DNA of 64,000 nucleotides from Camelus dromedarius. Taxonomy: Eukaryota. The translations under genes and the position numbers were made by a program. Below the pieces are notes generated by a model. That model searched no databases, was not told where the DNA came from, and saw only the letters and a list, made by a program, of their open reading frames with translations. Numbering within the stretch: position 1 is the stretch's first letter; each line of letters begins with the position of its first letter. Shown in pieces: positions 1 through 13,689 of the stretch. The DNA is taken from NCBI RefSeq assembly GCF_036321535.1, contig NC_087436.1, forward strand, positions 23,066,001-23,130,000, given 5' to 3'.

Positions 1-3000
1 ACCATGCAGACCCTGGCTCTACCCTAGGTATACTAAATCACAATTTTCAGGGGTGACTGAGAACAGTCCTCCTTACCAGGCTTCCTATGCAAGTTTTTCT
101 AAAAACCAGAGCTGGAAAACATGTGCCACTCCCCCAGAATGTCCGCCCAAGGAGGACAAAACCTGGACGACTCCCACATCTTAAATGTCGTCTTACCCCA
201 ACAGTCCGTTTAAATGTTGTCTGTACCTACCCCGATAATCAGTTTTATTCAGGGCTACCGGAATTGGAACATTCCCTTCAATCTAACTAACTTTACCTCT
301 TTCTTGCCGACTGAGCTTTGAGAATTTCCCAACTGAACGCCTGAGGGTGGTTTTGTATGACTGGTCCCTGGGTGGGTCCTTCTTCACAGACCCCACACTG
401 TCACTCGATGCCTGCGATAAAGATGACCACTGGTCCCTGGGACGCTGATCCCAAGGCCAAAAGGAAGTCCATAGAAAATACAAGTACATTTTTATTCAGT
501 CCTGCCTTGTTTGTGATCTTGATGGAAGTTTAGCCCTGGAAGCCAGCATCGCTCCATGGGACAGAGGCCACAGTCTTTTTATTGTTATAGTAATCCCTCC
601 TTTGCTCGTGAAAACTTGTGCACCTGACATGTAACCTGCACGCTGTGATGTAGGCATGCAATTACTTTGTAAGCATAAGCAGTAAGTCCAGAATTGCCCA
701 CTGGCAAAAGGAACTGTTTTCTGTAGAGAAAATACTTTCACAGTCTGAGATATTAAAGCAAGTCCTTGATCCAGTAGAGCCAAAGATGAATTTGAAAAGA
801 ATCACAATTGGTTTTCTCAGATATATAATTTTACTGAGGAAAGAGGTCTTTAGTGTCAACATTAACTGCTAAATGGGAAAGAATCAGGCAACAAGTTACA
901 TTTTATAGTTCCTTTGGGTTCCTGGCAGCTAAGATCTGCAAAATAGCACTAATTAGTTGGTGGCGGCTAAGCAGCATTAACTTCCACCAAAGATAAAGTG
1001 TAGAAATTATGTTGGGGGAGCTTAACACTTGGGAGGGAGGTAATAATGGTAGGAACTCTGTCTTTCTTTGCTTTTCTTTTTTCTGTCTTGATAAACAATG
1101 AAAAGTTTGCAACCGTGACTTAACCCTCATGGTGTAGATCGCTAATTTCTTTGAGTCAAATATGTTTTTATTCTCCGAGACATGTTGTTGGGACTTTGCT
1201 TTTACAGTGATCGTGTCTGTGCTTACAATCTGCTCATCTTCCACTTCCCGGGCTCCCTCGGTGCCTGCATAGGCATCCCTTCTCCCCCTAGAGAAGCCCT
1301 AGCTCTATAAATGCAGCTGGCAAAAAGGAAACATTCTGATGCTGGAATTATAGTCAGTGTTTTCAGGAGAAAATATTCAAACAGTCTCAGAAATCCCAAC
1401 CAGCGCTCACTGTGTCCCCACTCACTCTCCCCCCTGCCCCCCGCCCCCTGCCCCCATTCCTCTCTAGGAGATTTGCTCTTAGGGGGCGTGGAAGAAAACC
1501 AAAGGCAACCTGGGAGTCACCGGGTTAAGGCACAGGATCAGCAGAGGTAAAGGACCCTCGCTGCTTTTTGCCAGGCTTATGGATCCGAGGGATGAGAGCT
1601 GCCCTCCCTGGGACTTCCCTGGAATTGAAGATGCTCCCATGAGACCTGTGGAGACTCAGCTCCACACCAGATGAGCGAGTTATACGCAATTTGGGGGCTC
1701 ATGGATTTTTCACCGCTCTGCTCCATATTTACCATTATTGACAAAGCATCCCACGTTACAGGAGACTTTAGAAATAGTCTCAGGCTGCTGTTCCTCTGTA
1801 GCAAAGTAACAGAAAATACTTGCAAGTAGGAAGAACAGGGGAAAAAAAGGAACATTGAAGACTACATGGTAGGACCTCTCCCAGGATAGAACACCTCCTG
1901 TTTGGGATGCAGGCTATTCTCCTGGCTGCAGATTCTTTAAAAATACAAGTTCAAAATGTTCATTGGCCGTGTGCTACTGGGAAACATGGACAAAGTGCTT
2001 AACACAGCACACAGCCACCAAAGGGAGTCAGGCAGGAGCTCTGGCCCAGACAAGTATGTAAACCAGCTGTGGAATAAAAAAAGAGGGTGAGGGGGCTACA
2101 TTATAAACATCAATAATCATTCCAAAGAGCAGCAGCATGATTCTTAAAAAAAAAAAAATCCAAAAAAAAAATATACATGGACCACATGTTGAAGTGACTT
2201 TCTGTTGTGCAAAATTTCAAAACATATTAAGAATAACTAGGGGAAAATGACTTTGTTAAATACTCTTAAAATATCTAGAAGACCACAGCCAGAGGTTAAT
2301 CTGGAAGTCTGTTTATTAATTAAACAAAACCATTTTGCTGATGATGTGAGTGATTTAGTGTAATATTTCTTGATGCCTATTTTGAGCTAGGATAAAATTG
2401 TCCCTCCTCTGAAAAACTTTAGATTCTGACAGATGTAAAACAGGTGTGTACAAAGTAGATGTTACTTTGCCCAAGTGCTCTTTTTTAAAAATAGGTCTCG
2501 TTTGCCAGATCTGCTAAAGTCTTTGTCTACATAAGGGATTTCTGTAGCTTTCATTAGTTTACAAAAGAGAGAGACGAATGATCACTTGGGCTGGTGCAGG
2601 AAATGCTAAGAATTTAACCCCCACGTTAAATTCCAGAAACTCCCATCAGGCTTGTTCAGGGCATTTGGCCTTTGAACACGTATTCAGGAATATTAGGATG
2701 AAATACTCCTGGCTTGGATTTTTCCATTCTTCAGATGAGAAAATTGCTGGGTTTTCAGTCATTTTCCTGACTGTGTTTATCATAGACATGTCCACTTAGT
2801 CATGATTGTCCAACTATAAATGGTACCTTTTCAGTTCTCCTCATGTTCAAGTTTAACAAGCCACTGGCAAAACAGCTGGCTTGGCCACACCCCCACCTCT
2901 GCCAGCCACAGGGACAGGATTCCGCACAGGGGGCCCCCCCTTCTCAGGGAGGAGCTGAGCATAATTCTGAAACCAGTTGAGAGACGTAAGAAACCAGAAA

Positions 3001-4651
3001 ATGGTCTTAGAAGATACCTACTAAGGTGGAGGGGATGGGAAGAGCAGGAATAAGATTCCTGGGCCATATAAATACGTGAATACCTGGTTTACTTACTGTC
3101 AGGTCCAGATCTTGTTTCCCTTAGCCTATCCTGTGGGCTCGCCTGAAGCCATAGTGTGACGGACTCCACATAGCACTGAAATCAGAAGAGTAGGAGTGTC
3201 CCTCCTCAATGTTTTTAGCCTTCAAAACACCACAAGATTTCTTCAGATCTTCCCATCCATTTCTTCAATGCATTCAGGTGATAACCATTGTATTTCTTTT
3301 TATTTGTATTGCATGGGGGATGGAGGTTTGACAGTGTCCATGCAAAATAAGCCCCTGCCCTCTTACAGCTAACAATCTGCTCTAGGAAAGAGCAAACACA
3401 TCCGTGGGTGGAATATTTATTTAAAAGATGACATAAGGCAGCACTGTTAGTCAGGCATCAAGAATATTGTGGAGTCCAGGTGCTCTTCAGAGAAAGAGGG
3501 GGACTGTGAGGGCAGGATTTTGCTCCAACCTCTGGCCTCACCCTTCCTGGATGGGAAGGAAGCTCCGGGAGCCAAGAGGAGAGTCACCCAGCTCTCCCAT
3601 CCCACTTACTAGAGGCCAAGTGAGGATGCAGACTGCCATTGTCAAGGTTCAAGTTGGCCATGCCCTTCCTTTCCTTTGGGTTTTTAGTATCCAGACCCTT
3701 TTGTGTGTACAATTCAATATGTGTGTACACAGTATGCAGTAAAGATGCAAGTTTAAACTCTTTGTTTTCTTGAGCTCATCAGTGAAAAGTGCCCTGCATA
3801 GAGCCTAGTGAAGTTCAGGTCCCTCCTGCTCCCTGGTTGTATCACCTTAAGAGAGGTGAAGTTAATCGTAGCTGCCCGACATTTGTTTTGTTTTGTTTGG
3901 GCTTTCCAGGAAATGAAGATCAGATTAATGAAGTAAATGAGAGGATTTAACCAATGATTTCAATAAAGACTCAATGCACTGGTAATTAGTCATTATTATT
4001 CCCTGCTCTTTTTTTTTTTTAAATCATTTTTTAGTATCTCTCCACACTAAAAAAAAGAAAGAAAAAATCTGCTTCATGGTAGCATGAGATTTTCAAAGAA
4101 GTACCAAACCCAGATGAAGTATTAAGGGGTTTCACTCTTTTGACCCAGTGATTGGGGGTAGATGATAGTGTGTCTGGGAAAAAAAACCTCCCATGAAATA
4201 ATGAGTTAATTTTATATCTGGAAAGCACCAAGATGTAAATCATTTTTTAAATACTGACTCTAAAGTTCAACAAAGTGTCTCTTACAAGAGGGGATTCAGG
4301 AAAGATAGCAGTGATTCTAAAAGGCCAGGTTGTGGGAGGATGTGGGCTCAAAGCCTTCCTGGAGGGGAGTAAGATTTTTATGTTCATCAAAAGGGAAGAT
4401 GGCATTTTTTAAAAAGTTTGAGAAGGTGCTCATACAGGGGAAATATACAATTGGAAAGGGCAGTTTTAGGAGCTAGACGACCCAGTCTCAACACGGGCAT
4501 AATAAGCGTTGTTCCATCCGACCAGCACGTGGCGGCAGGTTCCTTATCTGCCTCCTCCCTTACAAAGGGGACAGGGTGGGTTCATCTGTCTTCAAACAAC
4601 GGCTGAACAGCAGCTCCAGCTATATCATTAGCACCATTATAGCCTGTGTGG

Positions 4652-4757
4652 TTTTTAAAATTCTATTTATGTATTTTTAATGGAGATATTGGGGATTGAA
4701 CCCAGGACCTCATGCATGGTAAGCATGCGCTCTACCACTGAGCTACCCCCCTCCCCC
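4652..4757 (-). mobile_element. tRNA-derived SINE (camelid Vic-1-like)
   Basis: Reverse complement reads GGGGGTAGCTCAGTGGTAGAGCGCATGCTT...GGTCCTGGGTTCAATCCCC plus an A-rich tail, with Pol III A and B boxes. Confidence 0.85.
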
Positions 4758-6920
4758 ACCCCAATCTGTATTTTATTAAGATCTTGTCTGAACAAGAAAC
4801 TGGGCTGAATGCTTTCTATCCATCATCTTATTTGATTGGCCAAGTACGTGATGAAATAAGCACTAAGGCTCTTCCAGCTTTATCTGCTTGGCCACGAAAC
4901 AAAGCGGAAGGAGGCACAAGAGATTAGAAAAGCAATGGTTTCCTTCCCCAAGGGAGCGGCATGCAGACCGATGTCTGGCCATTTCAGTGAGCCCCCTCAT
5001 TCCCTCTGCCTTTTCACGTCCCCTTGTTGAACAGCTGACCTCTTTGTACCTCCTTTATTTTCACCCTGAAACTCATGGTGAGGGATCCCCGTTGCACGGC
5101 CAAATATTGATTAAAATTCTGGGTTTTGTTCTAAACACAAAGAGCTGGAAATTGCATTGTGTGAGCCAGAGGAATGGGTTAGGTTACGATTAAATAACAT
5201 GCATGACTGGCACACTGCTCCTGCTATTATATGCATCAGATAGAATCCATTAGGTTTTCCAGGGAGGCGAGTAAACACATCCCTCTAGGTGGATTTCAGT
5301 AATTTATTGTTGCGACACCAACTCATGATCTGGTTCAAAACATCAGGCCTGCCTTCTTCAGCTCCGAGTGAGTCCGTCAGTCCTTGAGGGCTTATTGGTG
5401 CCACTGCTTTGAGCCCACCCCTCCAGCCCCAGAACACCAGGTTGTGACCTGTTCTCCAACCAGCCAAAAGTGAATGATGCAGTATTTACTGGAGAAAGTC
5501 GAGGCCATCTGGGGTTCTTCCAAACAAATGACTTGCAGTCTTGAAGTTTTTTAAACAGGTGTCTCCATGTGTTTTATGGGATAGTAGGTAGTCAGAAGGG
5601 TTGGAAACAACTATGTTAAAAACCTTTAATCTTATACTTCAGTTTTTTAAAATTAAAAAATTTTTAAAAAACCTTAAATCGGTTGTGGTAGTAGAACAGG
5701 TTGCTGTGAAATGACACCTGTCTGTAGAGCCCCGAACGTGCTCCTGGCAGTGTTCAGTCCCTGGCTGAGCTGTTGATTTACCTTGTAATTTGCTTGCGCT
5801 CTGCTTGAGGACTTGTATTTCAACAGATTCACCATTTAAAATGCTTCTTTCTTTTTGAAAACATTACGTGTAAGAAACTGTTCCTATTTCTGTCCTCCGC
5901 ACCCCACCCCCCCCAGAGTGAAGTAAAGAATTCCCTACTTCGCTGTGTCCCGCGACTTGACCTTTAAACTAAACTCTGTGTTTCCATCAGAGCCTGTTCT
6001 CCAGTTTCTCTTGGCTCTTATATCGGACTATCTTGTAACAGGGTGACACTTGTACACATAGGAGGAATAAGGCTGTCACATGGCAATTGAGCTCTTTACG
6101 AAAGGTTGATGCAGCCACCTACATCAGTAACACAGAAGAAATAGAACAGTACAGAAGCAGTGGGGAAACAGTGCCAGGGAAAGAAAGGGCATTCTTCATC
6201 AGGACATTGATAGACAAAGGAGGAATCCGAGAGGCTTAATGAGATCAGAAGAAAGCAGGTTCTCAGTCAATGTACTAAATACAATAATAGCTGCATATTA
6301 TCTCACATAGCACGTGCCAGACACACTGTGAAGTGAAGCCCTGTGTAGGTGTGTGTGTACCCACTCTCACACACACACACACCCCAACGTACCAGATTTC
6401 ATTACAGGCTCCCAAAAAAGTATTACTGTCACTATTTTACTGGTAAGGGAACTGAGATTGTTTACTTTCAGTAGTTTTTAAGCAAGTACTTTCTATGCAT
6501 AAATATAATATAATTCATGTATATTAGATAAAGTCATGACACTTCAACCCGGCATTCAAATCACTCTTCAGTTTTACTGCAGCCTATCTTTCCAACCTCA
6601 TTGCTTATATATAATGAAGCCAGTCAGGAAAGTGGAAATCACTCTAGGTATTTCAAAATAAGGGAGCGTAATACCAGAAATAGACTACAAAAATGTTGGG
6701 AGAAAACGAACACCAACCTTTACCTTGTACCAGATGTAAAATTAACTTGAAGTGGGTCATAGAGCTCCACAAGTGGTACACCACTTTAGTAGAACAAAGC
6801 ATAAAAATAATGTGATCGTCTCAATTGATGCAGAAAAGGCATTTGACCAAACACACAAAAACCCCGGTAAATCTATTAGAAAATAAAATCAACAAAACTA
6901 CCTCCCCCACAAAAAACAGT

Positions 6921-6922
<2 letters not shown>

Positions 6923-6953
<31 letters not shown>
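6923..6953. repeat. (AC)n microsatellite
   Basis: About 15 AC units, read directly. Confidence 0.95.
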
Positions 6954-6954
<1 letters not shown>

Positions 6955-8113
6955 CTGTGGTTTCTCCATACACTAACAATGAACAACCATGAAAAGAAAA
7001 TTAAGAAAACAATCTCATTTACAACAGCATCAAAAAGAATAAAGTACTTAGGAATAAACTTAACTAAGGAGATAAAAAACTTTTACACTAAAAACTACAG
7101 AACATTGCTCTGAAAGGGATTTAAAAGACACAATAAATGGAAAGATATCTCCTATGTGTGGATTGGAAGACTTAATATTGTTAAAATGTTCATACTACCC
7201 AAAGCAATCTACAGATTCAATGCAATCTCCATCAGAATCCCAATGCTATTTTTTTGCAGAAATAGGAAAAAAATCCTAAAATTAATATGGAATCTCAGAG
7301 GACCCTGACTAGCCAAAAGGATCCTAAGAAGAACAAAGCTAGAGGCCTCACATTTCTCAATTTCAAAATATATTACAAAGCTACCATAATTAAAAAAGTG
7401 TAGTACTGGCATAGAAACATACAGACCAGTGAAACAGAACAGAGAGCCCAGAAATAAACCCTCATATATTTGGTCAAATGCTCTGTGACTAGGGTGTCGA
7501 AACTACACAATGAGGAAGAATATTCTTCTCGACAAATGGTGTTGGGAAAACTGGAAATCTACATGCAAAAGAAAGAAATTGGACCCTTATTCTGCAGGAA
7601 TCATTCAGGATGGTGAGGTTAAAGGGATCTGTTGCACAATAGTGTGCATGTCGTTGACAATATTGTACTGTATACTTGGAGGTTGTTTTGAGAGTGAATT
7701 TAATATGCTGTGGTTTTTTGCTACCAAAAAAAAAAATTTGGCAGTTTCTTATATAGTTACATATACTCACCATATGGACCCAGCAATGCACTTCTAGGTA
7801 TTTACCCAAGAGAAATGAAAATGTATGTCCTCAAAAAGACTTGCACACAAATGTTCATAGCAGCTTTATTCACAGGAGGCAAACACTGGAAGTAACTCAA
7901 ATGATCATCAGCTTATGAATGAATAAGTAAACTGTGGTATATCCATACAATGGATGACTATGCAGCAGTAAGAAGGAGTGAACTATTGATACATGCAACA
8001 TCATGGCTGGATTTCAAAATGAGTACACTGAATGAAAGAAACCGGACACAAAAGAGTACATACTGTAAAATTTCATGTGTATAAAATTATAGAAAATGCG
8101 TCTTAATCTAGAG

Positions 8114-8320
8114 CCATGATTGTCCACTGGAGATGATTTTTCCCCCTGGTGGGGTGGCATTTGGCAATTGTCACAGCTGGGGAGGGGGGTGGTGCTATTG
8201 GCATTCAGTGGGTAGAGACCAAGAATGCCACAAAACATCCTACAATTTACAGGACATTTTCCCCACAACAAAGAATTATCTAACCTCTAACATCAATTAT
8301 ACCAATATTGAAAAACCCCG
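8114..8320 (+). mobile_element. MER20 (hAT-Charlie DNA transposon fossil)
   Basis: Matches the recalled MER20 consensus (gtgggtagagaccaagaatg...aaacatcctacaat...ccccacaacaaagaattatc). Confidence 0.8.
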
Positions 8321-8511
8321 ATAAAGTGTTATAAAAAGGAAAATAGATCAGGTGTTATGTGGGGCCAGGGACAAAGGGAAGGAATGACCATAAAGGGGCA
8401 CAAGAAGGCTTTGGGAGGAAGTAGAAATGTTTAGCACTTTGAATACTGTCAGGATAGTAAAGGTGATTGCACGGGTACATCCATCCATCACATCCATCAA
8501 AGCTCATCAAA

Positions 8512-8698
8512 GTTAAAAGTTTCTGCTGTTATAGCACAGGGAACTATGTTCGATATCTTGTAATAACCTTTAATGAAAAAGAATATGAAAATGAATATAT
8601 GTATGTATATGCATGACTGGGACATTGTGCTGTATACCAGAAACTGACACATTGTAACTGACGGTACTTCAATTAAAAAAAAAAAAACAAGAATGACA
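8512..8698 (+). mobile_element. Short 5'-truncated young L1 3' end
   Basis: tatagcacagggaactat...acattgtaactgac...poly-A, with a 13-bp TSD aaagctcatcaaa at 8499-8511 and 8699-8711. Confidence 0.85.
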
Positions 8699-9913
8699 AA
8701 AGCTCATCAAAATTATGCTTCAGTGAAGTTGATTTACCGGGAAAAAAAAAATGTTTGGAAGACTGGAGGAACCCGTGGCAAAGGGTTTCCTAGGAAACAG
8801 GAGAGCACTGAGTGCAGGAAGGGGGCAGAGTACCTACAGGCTAGATCTGGCACTTTGCCGAGGGTTCTCCATATCCTCAGCTCGCCAAATTGAACCATCC
8901 ACATGCCTTGAAATTTGCTCTGACGACTCCTAGTCAGGTTGGCTCTCCTGATAAAAATACCATCTCCCCTGTCTCCCAATAGTACTTCCCAATGCTAATC
9001 AGATCTCACCACTGGTTTCCATTGTAACCTACTTCACAAACCTTGGTTACCCAACTGGAGGTAGAATTTTCATCACCTTTCTGTTTCTTTAGCATTTTAT
9101 TTATACAACTCTTTTTTGGCATGTATCACCTTGTATTAAATTTATATATACACAAGTCTGATCTCTTTTACTAGATCAAATTCAGCTTAAAAGCAGAACC
9201 TTTGTTTAGTTCATCTTTATTTCCTCCAAAGCTCATCAACACTGCTGTATACCTATTAAGTGTTCAGTAAATTCCCATTGAATAAATGAGCGATTAAATA
9301 AATTGATGAATAAATAAATGAAGTCTATGGATAATTTCATATAACTGCAAAAACAGATGTCTGCGTGGTATCTGCCTGTCTCTCTAAATCCATCTGGTAG
9401 CTTTCCCTTTTTTACTCGTTTTTCATTCCAGTCATAGTCACATTTATGGAGAGCCTTCCATATAACAGATACTATGCTTAATGCTTAAGATTTTCTGTAG
9501 GTAGTGTTAACTAGGAATTGTAAAATAACTGTTAACAACATGCATATTCACTAGATTATGCCTTCTTTCCTGCAAAAACTAACGTAAAACTAATGCCAAA
9601 ATCACATTGTCCTTTCTTTCAACACTTAGTAAGGAATTACTCAATGAATGAATTGTTAGTGAAATCATAAGGAGTCTGAGCAATTGGAGAAAATCTTTCT
9701 CCTGCTGGGTGAAGTGGCACAGGGAAAGAAAACCAGTGATGAAGAGAGAAAAGCAGAGTGAAATCGTAAGTTGTGATCTAATTTAATGTATAAACTTCCA
9801 GGAAATTCTCCTTTACTAAGTCAGAATGAAATCAATGCTTTAAACCTCCCCAGGTGATAAAAAATTTTCCTGATTTGAGCTCACCATGTTTTTTATTTAT
9901 AATTATGGAACAT

Positions 9914-10048
9914 GGGGAGTGGGTGTAGCTCAGTGGTAGAGCATGTGCTTAGCATGCACAAGGTCCTGGGTTCAATCCCCAGTACCTCTATTTAAAAAAA
10001 TTAAGACAAATACATAAATAAACCTAATCCCCACCCCTCCGCAAAAAA
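9914..10048 (+). mobile_element. tRNA-derived SINE (camelid Vic-1-like)
   Basis: GGGTGTAGCTCAGTGGTAGAGCATGTGCTTAGCATGCACAAGGTCCTGGGTTCAATCCCCAGTACC with an A-rich tail, flanked by the direct repeat ataattatgga. Confidence 0.9.
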
Positions 10049-10239
10049 ATAATTATGGAGAAAGAATTTTGAAAGACAAAAGTGCCAGTTGAAGCTGGAC
10101 AACTGTTAGGGGTCATTTGGCCCAATGTCTGAATTTATGTTGTAAGCCTAGAAGGCTTGGTTCTCTAAGGTGGCCGAGCATTGTTTATGGGAACAACTTA
10201 GCAGCCAAGCAGAAGTCTAACAGCTCTGCCATCGCAGAA

Positions 10240-10440
10240 TAGCGCAGCTGTCAAGAGCACCAACTTGGGTTGAGATTCCATTTCTGCCCCTTTCTATGTT
10301 CTTGACCTTGGACAAGTTGACTTCACCTGTAAAATGTGAAGCAGTCATGAGGTTGATCATACACCTATCCAGAGCATCGCTGTGAAGATGATATGCAGGA
10401 CATATGTAATTGCAATGCCTGACACAGCTATTATTATTAA
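10240..10440 (+). mobile_element. MIR SINE (degraded)
   Basis: tgaccttggacaagttga...cacctgtaaaatg core and an (att)n end. Confidence 0.55.
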
Positions 10441-11529
10441 CATTATTGCACAGCCTCTAAAGAAAGTGACCCAAAAGGCTTACCATCGTCACAGCAAAAG
10501 CCACTCATAAGGAGGAAAATTTAAACCAAATCAGAAGTTATCTCCTGAGAAATTCTAAGCAAAAGAGGCAAAAGTAAGGAACACATGTGAAAGGAACACA
10601 CTTTCTTATTAAAAACACTCTGCATTTGGAATCGAATTAACTTCCCCACTAAGACACGGCGGGGAAATAGATCTGCAGTGCCCCAGCCCTAAGAAACTTT
10701 AATCCTGAAAAGAAATGAAAAGATAGCAACATTGTAAGTTGGCCAGTCTGGTTGTGTGTCTTTCCTGTGATGCTTTTGTGTAATACAGGGTGATTGGAAA
10801 CGATGTCCTATGTTCAAGAAGATAAGCATCAGGATCAGTGGACAGAAGGATGCTGTTTTTCTTTGAAAACTTGTTTTTCCAGTACATGGGGGAAATAAGC
10901 TTTTCTGTGATGCAGAACAGCTCTGAGCATGTGTCCACCAAACCTCCTGGAGAATCAGGACACCTGGGGAACTATATTCATCACCCCCTCATTTTCTCTC
11001 AACACAGCGAACACTTATTCTGAGGGCAGTGTTTGTTAATTCGTAACAGAGAGGGCTTATTCCAGCCTGCTACAGCTCTATGCCTCCTTTCATAAGTCAG
11101 GCCGTAGAGTAAATATCAAACCTCATTCTGGGAAGGATAATTTTCTGCTTTCACTTTGAATAACCATCATATAGAAACAATTAACTAGGAAAGCAGTGAC
11201 TGCATATGAAAATCATCCTGTCAAGTTAGTAAAACACATAGTCAGTGAAATGTAAACCAAAATACACATTTTTTTTAAAAAACCAAGCCATGCTTGTTGA
11301 ATCCAGCAACGTGTCCACTCACCCAGGTTGCAGAACCTCTTAAGTGGATACTTCTTAGCCTTTTCTGGTTTCTGTGAAAATCTGATAAAAGCAACCCTCT
11401 GACCAGAAAAATGCATATATGCACATAACCATAAAAGTAGGTAATTTTAGGTACCTGGACTCCCCTGCAAGTCCAGTAGTCTTCAGGCTAGGAATCTCAG
11501 CTCTGAAGAGTAGATATGATCAGGTTCAT

Positions 11530-11780
11530 GGACTCCAGTGTCAGACAGACCCACATCTGTGTGAATTCTGGATCCAACTCTTACTACCATGTAAGCTCCA
11601 AAGATTTTTATCTGAGCCTTTCTGAGCCTTAGTTTTATCACTTGAAAATAGAAATAATAATTCTTCTTATGTCATAGGTAAACTGTGACTATTAAATTAG
11701 ACAATCTATTTAAAGTACTTAGCATAGTCCCTGGCATATACTAAGTACTCAGCAGGCACCAATATTGTGATTAGTTAATA
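11530..11780 (+). mobile_element. MIR SINE (degraded)
   Basis: tctgagccttagtttt...tttaaagtacttagcatagtccctggcatatactaagtactc. Confidence 0.6.
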
Positions 11781-12091
11781 AAATACAAAACCTGATGCCC
11801 TATGTATGTGTCCAGAGAGGAACTTCAGTTCATTTGCACCGCTGCAGACATTTACCAAGTGCTTCCTACTTGTGAAGGATTGCATGGGGCTCTGAAATGG
11901 GAACACTGACAATGGATGGGGCTGAGCCAGGAAAGTGAGAAAGACAGGACTTGCATGCCCCAGAGACCAGACAGGACAGGTCGCGGGTTGGAGGGAACGT
12001 TAAGCCAGGCCCATTATGGACAGTTATACAAACCACAGTGGAACTACAACTGTGCAATGTCCATTTTATACAGGGAAACCTGTGACTCTTA

Positions 12092-12806
12092 TTTTTTTTA
12101 ATTGAAGTATAGTTGATTCATAGTGTTGTGTTAGTTTCTGGTGTACAGCATAGTGATTCAGTTATACACATACATATTATTCTTCTTCATATTCTTTTTC
12201 ATTACAGGTTATTACAAGATATTGAATATAGTTTCCTGTGCTCTACAGTAGGACCTTGTTTTTTATCCATTTTATATATAGTAGTTTGTATCAGCTAATC
12301 CCAAACTCCTAATTTATCCCTCCCCACTCCTTTCCCTTTTGGTAACTATAAATTTGTTTTCTATGTCTGTGAGTCTGTTTCCATGTTGTAAATAAGTTCA
12401 TTTGTATCATTTTTAGACTCCATCAAATGATATTTGTCTTTCTCTGTCTGACTTACTTCACTTAATATGATAATCTCTAAGTCTATCTAGTTGCTGCAAA
12501 TGGCATTATTTCATTCTTTTTTGTGGCTGAGTATTCCATTGTATAAATATACCACAACTTCTTTATCCATTCATCTGTCAATGGACATTTAGGTTGCTTC
12601 CATATCTTAGCTATTGCAAATAGTGCTGTTAGAATATTGGGATGCATGTATCTTTTCCAATTAGAGTTTTCATCTTTTCTGTATACGTATCCAGGAGTGG
12701 GATTACTAGATCATATGGCAACTCTATTTTTAGTTTTTCGAGGAATCTCCATACTGTTCTCCATAGTGGCTGCACCAATTTACATTCCTACGAACAGTGT
12801 AGAAGG
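12092..12806 (-). mobile_element. LINE-1 3' end (laurasiatherian/artiodactyl type)
   Basis: ttttttaattgaagtatagttgatt...tggctgcaccaatttacattcc, with an imperfect TSD ggaaacctgtgactctt / gaaaacctatgacactt. Confidence 0.9.
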
Positions 12807-13352
12807 AAAACCTATGACACTTTAGGTAACATTTTATGTATTTAAGAGGAAAGGAATAGACCAAAGATATTAATAATTTACAGACTAAGTGGAATTAATA
12901 AAACAAACCCCACCACTAAGAATTGTTTTGGTTAACCACAAGAAGGCTACTGATGGATTTTACTTAGAATTAAATGTAGAAATATATGAAAGTAGTAGTT
13001 ATGGGTCAATAAAATAAGTCACAAAGCTCCATTTAAAACAGAGTGCTTTCTGCTCACCATCTAATCAGATGCTCTGTAACTGCAATGACGAGATTCAAGG
13101 CTGAGAATTAGATGATTTGGGATCAGTCTTTAAATCCACCCCAACCAATTCAGTAATATGGTATCTCATTTTCTTGGGTACGGATTTAAAATTTTGAGTC
13201 TGTGCCTATAAAGGAGGTGGGAAAAAAAAAGCAGAATGTATCTAAAAGAAAAGAAGGAAGTTAATCAATGACACAATATTCTTTTACTCTGCCTGTCTAT
13301 TTGCAGTTTATCTGGGACCCCCCTCTGCTATTCATCTGCTCTCTCCCTAAAT

Positions 13353-13670
13353 GTGAGACTTCAAACTCAGATGCCTGCACTGGCCAAGCAAGTATGTGAA
13401 CCAGTGCAGAGACTGCTGGATGGCTGTGGTGGCCATGAGCCTCTGTGCCCTGAGCTAGGTGGGGCAGCGTTCACTCGGGTTCCCCCAGGGATTTCCATCC
13501 GGGAATTGAACATATATTGCTGGATACTGCTTTTTCCAAGATAAATTTCAATTTTGTATGTAAAACAGCTTGACTTTTAAATATTGGTAACTAATTCACA
13601 TTAAAAAAAAAAAAAGACATTGTGTGAGCCAAACAAATTATGGTGGGGGCACCTGTTTGAGTCTCTGGCT
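13353..13670 (-). mobile_element. MER102-like hAT DNA transposon fossil
   Basis: ttttaaatattggtaactaattc...acattgtgtgagccaaacaaa resembles the reverse complement of the recalled MER102 consensus. Confidence 0.55.
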
Positions 13671-13689
13671 CTAGTTTTTGCTATTCCCA

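Larger units (their letters stand above)
6700..8750 (+). mobile_element. Old LINE-1 (L1M) ORF2/3' UTR fragments with nested insertions
   Basis: L1 ORF2 motifs (IDAEKAFD, YRFNAI, KWCWENW, CTQMFIAALF) with stops and frameshifts. Interrupted by a (CA)n tract, MER20 and a younger L1 3' end. Confidence 0.85.

Noticed and set aside
1..120. Possible MER5-like hAT fragment at the window start
   Set aside because: Too short and too diverged to assign without a search.
9914..9990. tRNA gene-like sequences with A/B boxes (six copies)
   Set aside because: They are followed by SINE tails and TSDs and are degenerate copies, so SINEs rather than tRNA genes.
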